From a virus, in IMG/VR virus record IMGVR_UViG_3300031760_000286, positions 1 to 35,076 of that record: a DNA stretch of 35,076 nt. One strand, given 5' to 3'. Within the stretch, counting starts at the first letter, position 1; each line of letters begins with the position of its first letter. This document shows, piece after piece, positions 30,555-35,076 of the stretch. A program made the position numbers and the translations under genes. Below the pieces are notes generated by a model. That model was not told the origin of the DNA. It did no database searches and was given only the letters and a program-made list of their open reading frames with translations.

Positions 30555-31158
30555 TTCTTATCTCGTTTAGGACAACGGTAACGATTTTGTCTTTGCCGTT
30601 TTTCTTGATATAGTCGGCAACCTTCTCTTTTTCCTCAATCGGTATAAGAAGCGTCAGTTGGCATTTGTCGGATGCGTTTTTAAGTTCGTCATTCAGCACG
30701 CCGAAGTCGTTGCTAAAATCCTCATCATTCCACTGCGGCGTTTCGAGACCCCAGCTGTCGAGCTCGTCGGCGTCCCACTCGTTGGCGAGGTCGTCCCAGT
30801 CCCACTCGCCGCCGCTGGTGTTGTCCTTGATGGTGTAGGCGCGGAGCTTGTCAACGGACGTGTCCTCGGCGATAATCTTGCAGGGCACTTCCTTCTCACC
30901 GAGGTCCTGAAGGATGCGCAGACGCATGTTGCCGCCGATGACGACATACTTGCCGTCATGAGGGTAGACCAGCAGCTCGCGCAAGGTCAGCATCTCGGGG
31001 TTGTCCTCGATGCTTCTCTTGAGGCGCTTGTACTGCTCATCGCGTAGGATGCGCGGGTTCTTGGGGAGGCCGTCAATCTGGCCGTGGTTCGTCTCGATTT
31101 TCGAGATAGGCAGCATGACGGTCTGCGCCACGACTGCCGGTTGTTGTTCTTTTGCCAT
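30547..31158 (-). CDS. ParB-like nuclease-domain (ParB/Srx N-terminal) protein
   Basis: ISKIETNHGQIDGLPKNPR..LKRSIEDNPEMLTLRELLVYP..YVVIGGNMRLRIL is the ParBc pattern. The last ~58 codons lie in the low-GC island. Confidence 0.6.
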   Translation of the reverse strand: MAKEQQPAVVAQTVMLPISKIETNHGQIDGLPKNPRILRDEQYKRLKRSIEDNPEMLTLRELLVYPHDGKYVVIGGNMRLRILQDLGEKEVPCKIIAEDTSVDKLRAYTIKDNTSGGEWDWDDLANEWDADELDSWGLETPQWNDEDFSNDFGVLNDELKNASDKCQLTLLIPIEEKEKVADYIKKNGKDKIVTVVLNEIRNA

Positions 31159-31166
31159 ATCGTGTG

Positions 31167-31550
31167 TTATTTTCCGAGTTGCACGTTAATGTTCACACCT
31201 GCCACGGTGTTGCTCTCGCCGAGCCACTCCACTATCTTGGCGGCGGCCTTGTGGTCGCCGTTGAGGGCGCTCTTCAGCGTGGCGATGACGAGGGCGGCCT
31301 GCAAATTCTCCAGCGGCTCGCCGTTGGTGGGGTTCTTCAGCTCCTTGCCGTTGAAGACGGCAGGCAGCGCCAGTATCTCGGCCACGGTCTCGCGCATGAG
31401 ACGGCGCTGCTGCTGTTTCCCTCGGCAGTTCCTGCCGCCCTTTGCGGCGAGCTCCTTGAAGTCGTCACGCGTGGCGATGTCGACAAGGTGCGACATCCGC
31501 CGACGCTTGCCTTCGGCTATCTCTTCGGGGGTTTTCTTGCTTTTATACAT
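31167..31550 (-). CDS. Possible terminase small subunit (weak call)
   Basis: 127 aa with a basic N-terminus. The ..AALVIATLKSALNGDHKAAAKIVEWLGE helix resembles small-terminase families. It lies upstream of terL, separated by the ParB-like and rSAM genes. Confidence 0.3.
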   Translation of the reverse strand: MYKSKKTPEEIAEGKRRRMSHLVDIATRDDFKELAAKGGRNCRGKQQQRRLMRETVAEILALPAVFNGKELKNPTNGEPLENLQAALVIATLKSALNGDHKAAAKIVEWLGESNTVAGVNINVQLGK

Positions 31551-31677
31551 AGCTGTGTCCTTTTCTTGGTGGGTGTGGCGGCATCTCTGCCCTCCGCACC
31601 CGTGCGCCGCTCGTTAGCAGGGAGCGGCCGACCTATACTCTACAAAAAACAATGAAAAATTTGAGTGGTGTGTGTGT

Positions 31678-32007
31678 CTACTTCTTTTTGAATATGCCGA
31701 AGATGAGCTCCAGCAGCTGCCACATCTCGTTGCGGTCGTATAGGCCGTTGGCGCAGAGGCCGCAGCCGATACCCACGAGGGCGGCCTTGACCCACCCCTG
31801 CCACATGTCGGGAGTGCCGCAGTCGGCGAAGAAGCCGAGCTGGAGGGCGAAGCCTGCGGCGGCGAGGGAGAGGGAGAGCACCCACGAGACGACAAGCTTG
31901 GCGGTGCCGTTCTCAACCTTGAAGAGTTTGTTGACTGCCTCGGTCAAGGTCATCACGCCGAGGACAAAGGCGACGAAGGTCGCGAACATGGTCATCAATG
32001 TGTTCAT
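31678..32007 (-). CDS. Membrane protein with 3-4 TM helices (holin-like)
   Basis: 109 aa with hydrophobic segments throughout and a charged C-terminal tail (GIFKKK). Confidence 0.4.
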   Translation of the reverse strand: MNTLMTMFATFVAFVLGVMTLTEAVNKLFKVENGTAKLVVSWVLSLSLAAAGFALQLGFFADCGTPDMWQGWVKAALVGIGCGLCANGLYDRNEMWQLLELIFGIFKKK

Positions 32008-32010
32008 GGC

Positions 32011-32373
32011 TTATTTGTTTTTGCGGTTGGTTTTCTTTGAGGGGCGAGAAGGCTCGTTTTTCGCCTTCTGCGGCGTTTTCTCCCCGTCCGTGGGCTGTTG
32101 TGCCGCCTCGGGGGTTGACGTGGCCGCAGAGACAGCATTCTCGGCTTCGAGGTACAGGGCGCCGAGTTTGCTGCACACCTTGACGACGCAGGCGTTGCAG
32201 TATTCGTTGCCAGGGGTGGCCTTGTAGATGGCCTTGTAGATAGGCCACAGGACGGTGCGGCTGACATGTGCCTGCAGTCCTATGACCTCGCCGCCACGCG
32301 CGGCACGCGTAAGGATGGCGGCGTAGGGGCGCAGGCTCTCGACCTGCTCGGGGGTCAATGATAACTTGCTCAT
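32011..32373 (-). CDS. Hypothetical protein (120 aa) with a basic, disordered C-terminus
   Basis: Starts at the ATG at 32371-32373 (MSKLSLTPEQ..), with an ATGA overlap upstream. The longer ORF-track call is a GC-rich extension. Confidence 0.45.
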   Translation of the reverse strand: MSKLSLTPEQVESLRPYAAILTRAARGGEVIGLQAHVSRTVLWPIYKAIYKATPGNEYCNACVVKVCSKLGALYLEAENAVSAATSTPEAAQQPTDGEKTPQKAKNEPSRPSKKTNRKNK

Positions 32374-32702
32374 AGTATCTTGTTTATTTGGTTGAATATC
32401 TTTGCGAGGAGGTTGTCGACGACATGCAGCAGGTCGGCGATGCGCGGCGTGAGCATGGCGACGAGGCACACGTAGGCCGTCAGCGGCAGGGTGAGGCTGT
32501 CGGTGATGGCGAGGTACACTATGCCCGTCCAAAAGGTCATGCACAGCGAGCAGCTGAAGGGCTTGATGTCTATGGGTGTGCGGAAGTGCCCTCGGGTGAG
32601 CCACGCCTTGACGGCGGCGGTGGCCTCCTGCCAAAAGCCGCTGACGTCGAGGGCGAAGACGTAGATGGCGGCGATGAGTAATAAATCTGTCAGTTGTTTC
32701 AT
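32370..32702 (-). CDS. Membrane protein with about 3 TM helices (holin-like)
   Basis: 110 aa. It is the first gene after conserved motif copy d. Confidence 0.4.
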   Translation of the reverse strand: MKQLTDLLLIAAIYVFALDVSGFWQEATAAVKAWLTRGHFRTPIDIKPFSCSLCMTFWTGIVYLAITDSLTLPLTAYVCLVAMLTPRIADLLHVVDNLLAKIFNQINKIL

Positions 32703-32706
32703 GCCT

Positions 32707-32729
32707 ATTTAATAGGGGTTGTCTCTAAA
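32707..32729 (-). promoter_or_regulatory. Conserved bipartite intergenic element, copy d (TTTAG-N6-CCCCTATTAAAT)
   Basis: The minus strand reads CTTTTTTGAACTTTAGAGACAACCCCTATTAAATAGGCATG. The first 16 nt (CTTTTTTGAACTTTAG) are identical to copy a. Confidence 0.4.
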
Positions 32730-32743
32730 GTTCAAAAAAGTGT

Positions 32744-33229
32744 CTATATGACGCTCCAGCAGAAGGACACGTCGCAGGGGGTCGCCCTGCCGTCCTCGAT
32801 GCTGCGGTAGATGGTCGAAGCCGCGATGCCGTAGTGGCGTGCAGCCTCTTCCACGCCGCTGAACTCCCTCACGCCGTCGGCCTCGTAGGCCAGCAGCGTC
32901 CTCTTCTTTGTCTTGGTGTTTTGTTTCATGGTCTTTGGTTTGTATTGCGGGTCGGTCTCCTTCTTCAGCTTCTCGTAGCGCTCCTTGACGATGACCTGTA
33001 TACGCCACAGCCTGTCCTCTATGACTGGCCGCGAGACGCCGAGCTGGCGCACGAGGGCGCTGACCTTGTAGCCTGCCGACATGTAGGCGAGCATCAGCGC
33101 CCTGTCGTCGGCGTTGAGGGCGTTGAAGGCTCTCACAAGGAGGTCTCCGTAGTCGTTGCTGCGGAAGTCCTTGTCGAGAGCCACGAACTCGGCCTCGTCT
33201 ATTCGTCTTCTGTCTCGCTGCTTGCCCAT
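32744..33229 (-). CDS. Sigma-70 region-4-like HTH protein with a C-terminal NUMOD1-like HTH
   Basis: LNADDRALMLAYMSAGYKVSALVRQLGVSRPVIEDRLWRIQ resembles sigma region 4. The C-terminus carries REFSGVEEAARHYGIAASTIYRSIEDG. Confidence 0.45.
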   Translation of the reverse strand: MGKQRDRRRIDEAEFVALDKDFRSNDYGDLLVRAFNALNADDRALMLAYMSAGYKVSALVRQLGVSRPVIEDRLWRIQVIVKERYEKLKKETDPQYKPKTMKQNTKTKKRTLLAYEADGVREFSGVEEAARHYGIAASTIYRSIEDGRATPCDVSFCWSVI

Positions 33230-33516
33230 ACCTTGTCTGTCGGATGCTGGCGGCGTTCGTGCCGCGTGTATTTGTTGTATATGTAGCTGCTCGTCGAGAT
33301 GAGCTGCCGCTTCAGCACGCCAGCCACAAGCCGGAAGACGCCCGTCATGTCACCCGAGCGATACGCCCTCTCAAGGCTCCCCTGCGGCAGGTGAAGTATG
33401 ATGAAGTAGAGGTCGGCGACGACATCCTCTCGGTAGTTGCCGCGGTAGAACTTGGTGGCATACCGTGGCACTATGCCGGAGTTGACGACGGCTTCTACTA
33501 TCTCGTTGCGGCTCAT
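33199..33516 (-). CDS. Small protein with weak sigma region-2-like features
   Basis: 105 aa. YREDVVADLYFIIL and GVFRLVAGVLKRQLISTSSYIYNKYTRHER are loosely like ECF sigma region 2. It overlaps the next gene by 31 nt. Confidence 0.3.
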   Translation of the reverse strand: MSRNEIVEAVVNSGIVPRYATKFYRGNYREDVVADLYFIILHLPQGSLERAYRSGDMTGVFRLVAGVLKRQLISTSSYIYNKYTRHERRQHPTDKVWASSETEDE

Positions 33517-33537
33517 GGTCTCGTGCTTTTTACTAAC

Positions 33538-33723
33538 TTATTCCACACCCATGTTGTGGCGTGCTGCCGTGAGGGCGCGTTGCAGGGTGTCAGGGTCGAT
33601 GGTGTCGGCGTTGTAGACCACGCCGCCCGTGACCTGCTGCTCGGCCACGACCTTGTCGTAGCTCTCGTGCCACACCACCATGCCTGCCTCCTCGTTGACG
33701 AGGACGTACTTGGCATACTTCAT
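33538..33723 (-). CDS. Hypothetical protein (61 aa)
   Basis: Starts at the ATG at 33721-33723 (MKYAKYVLVNEE..), with an ATGA overlap with the upstream stop. Confidence 0.4.
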   Translation of the reverse strand: MKYAKYVLVNEEAGMVVWHESYDKVVAEQQVTGGVVYNADTIDPDTLQRALTAARHNMGVE

Positions 33724-34061
33724 AGCTCTATCTCCTTTCCTATGCCTGCCAGCCGTAGCGCGTGCTGAAGCTCGTGGACGTAATGACGCCGCACCCACGA
33801 CACATCTGTGTCCTGCCATGCCTCTACGATGTCGGCGTTCTTTTTCAGTATGCCCTCTGTCAGCGGTATGGCCTCCACTTCATCCATCGGCACCTGTTCG
33901 TAGAGGCTGTCGCTGTCGATGAGGTCAACGAGGTCGTCCTGATAGACGGCGGCGACCTGCATCTTGTAGCCGCCGACCTTCACGCCGGAGCCTGTCGTGT
34001 AATCCCACATCACCCAGTCGCCGAGCATGAGGTCTTTTGATTGTAATGGTTTGTTGTTCAT
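33720..34061 (-). CDS. Hypothetical protein (113 aa)
   Basis: ORF in operon context. Confidence 0.45.
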   Translation of the reverse strand: MNNKPLQSKDLMLGDWVMWDYTTGSGVKVGGYKMQVAAVYQDDLVDLIDSDSLYEQVPMDEVEAIPLTEGILKKNADIVEAWQDTDVSWVRRHYVHELQHALRLAGIGKEIEL

Positions 34062-34091
34062 GGTCTTTATGTGTTTTTTATTGTTTGTGTA

Positions 34092-35076
34092 TTAAAATAA
34101 TTTCGTTTGTGTGCCCGCAGCGGGTTCGGTGTCGACGAAGAGGTTGCGGAAGAGGTAATGGAGGCACGCCACGACGATGCTGTTGCCTGCGAGTTTGGCG
34201 TGCTGTGTGCGTGGGATGGGAGCGGCGAGGAGGGTGTCGATGTCGGGTTCGGACACGTCCATCAGCCGGTAGAGCTCGCGCTCGGTCAGGCGGCGGATGC
34301 GGATGCCTTGTTCTGTCACCATGGGTCTTTGTCCACCACCCATCCCACAGGCGGCATTAACACATGGCGAGACACCGTCCACAGAACCGACATAGGCATT
34401 TTTTTGCATACTACCTATCACCATATCCTTATTGGCTTGGGGGATGGGCTCCATTTCGCGGTCAAGTCCGGCCATCAGTTTCTCCACCTGCTCATCCTTC
34501 AGATAGTACCTCTCCTCCACGTTTTGTTCGAGTACGTCTTTTAGGCGGCGTTCCAGGCGGAAGGGCTTGGGGAAGTAGTAGGCGCGGGGGCAGTCGAGGA
34601 TGCTGACCATAAAGATGCGGAGGCGGTTCTGCGGCACGCCGTAGTCCTTGGCGTTCATCAGCTGCTGGAAGTTGGTGTAGCCGTAGCCGTTCAGCCGCAC
34701 CTGCCAGCGGTTGAAGAGGTCGATGAACTTGTCGCTCACCAGTCCGCCGACGTTCTCGAAGACGAGGTGGCGGGGGCGCAGTTCGCGGACGGCACGCTCG
34801 GTCTCCCACAGTAGGCCGGAGCGGGTGCCGCTGCCCTCTTCGCCGCCGCGCTGGAGTCCTGCCGCGGAGAAGTCCTGACAGGGGGAGGAGTAGGTGAGGA
34901 GGTCGATGGGCTGGGGGTGGCGGTGGTGCCACTCGGCCCAGTCGACGCGGCTCACGTCGCCGAGGTTGCGTCCGCTCCATTGGGGGAAGAGGGCGTTGTG
35001 GGCGGTGATGGCGTGGCGGTCTATCTCGCACCAGGCGGCGAGGTCGTAGGGCAGGCCGAGGCGGTTCAGCGCGAGG
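34092..35076 (-). CDS. C5 cytosine-specific DNA methyltransferase (body; the N-terminus continues at 133..1 through the circular junction)
   Basis: Motifs are SPCQDFS (motif IV, PCQ), FENVGGL (motif VI, ENV), QNRLRIF (motif VIII) and LAGNSIVV (motif X). The full circular gene is about 342 codons. Confidence 0.85.
   Translation of the reverse strand, partial: LALNRLGLPYDLAAWCEIDRHAITAHNALFPQWSGRNLGDVSRVDWAEWHHRHPQPIDLLTYSSPCQDFSAAGLQRGGEEGSGTRSGLLWETERAVRELRPRHLVFENVGGLVSDKFIDLFNRWQVRLNGYGYTNFQQLMNAKDYGVPQNRLRIFMVSILDCPRAYYFPKPFRLERRLKDVLEQNVEERYYLKDEQVEKLMAGLDREMEPIPQANKDMVIGSMQKNAYVGSVDGVSPCVNAACGMGGGQRPMVTEQGIRIRRLTERELYRLMDVSEPDIDTLLAAPIPRTQHAKLAGNSIVVACLHYLFRNLFVDTEPAAGTQTKLF
34988..35076. 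repeat. Terminal overlap copy 2, identical to 1..89
   Basis: Direct comparison found 89/89 identical bases. Confidence 0.95.

Noticed and set aside
31668-31677. (TG)5 microsatellite in the 31551-31677 spacer, and a nearby 7-bp hairpin (31599-31621)
   Set aside because: The microsatellite is too short to be meaningful. The hairpin lacks a U-tract on either strand and has no repeated counterpart.
33199-33229. Possible programmed frameshift fusing the two sigma-like ORFs
   Set aside because: No X XXY YYZ heptamer or homopolymer occurs in the 31-nt overlap, and the downstream ORF has its own ATG. I keep it only as an alternative within the split-sigma finding.

Overview
The window is one complete copy of a temperate dsDNA phage or prophage genome, written as a linearised circle. 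Bases 1-89 are identical to 34988-35076, so the unit length is 34,987 bp, and the boundary cuts a C5 cytosine methyltransferase gene. GC is about 60% by eye. The protein families and the TTTG/TAnnTTTG promoter matches suggest a Bacteroidota host; that is inference only. Almost every gene is on the minus strand and tightly packed, often with ATGA stop/start overlaps. Only a CI-type repressor and a tyrosine integrase (7364-8943) are on the plus strand. Reading the minus strand leftward from the switch region near 7200-7360: (1) small early genes, HTH regulators, a Sak4-like ATPase, a PD-(D/E)XK nuclease, a DUF3127 SSB-like protein, and a replication initiator carrying an iteron origin inside its own gene. 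(2) Across the contig junction, the methyltransferase, a sigma-like gene pair, membrane proteins, a possible small terminase, a ParB-like protein and a radical-SAM gene on a low-GC island. (3) terL, VRR-NUC, overlapping chaperone-like ORFs, a tape-measure-like protein, an XkdF-like fusion protein, an Mtd_N/BspA-LRR fibre-like protein, portal, scaffold, major capsid and large tail proteins. (4) A diversity-generating retroelement (DGR), then a DUF5675 protein plus a u-spanin-like lipoprotein, and a candidate attP. The DGR is the headline system: a 116-nt TR/VR pair differs at 17 positions, 16 of them at template adenines. The VR sits at the C-terminal tip of a tail-fibre-like protein. The RT is 434 aa with an extra C-terminal domain, and no Avd gene is visible. 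Secondary leads are a bipartite intergenic motif upstream of late genes, homopolymer and slippery sites in three genes, and overlapping face-to-face promoter matches in the lysis/lysogeny switch. All functional calls rest on motifs I recognised by eye; no searches were run.
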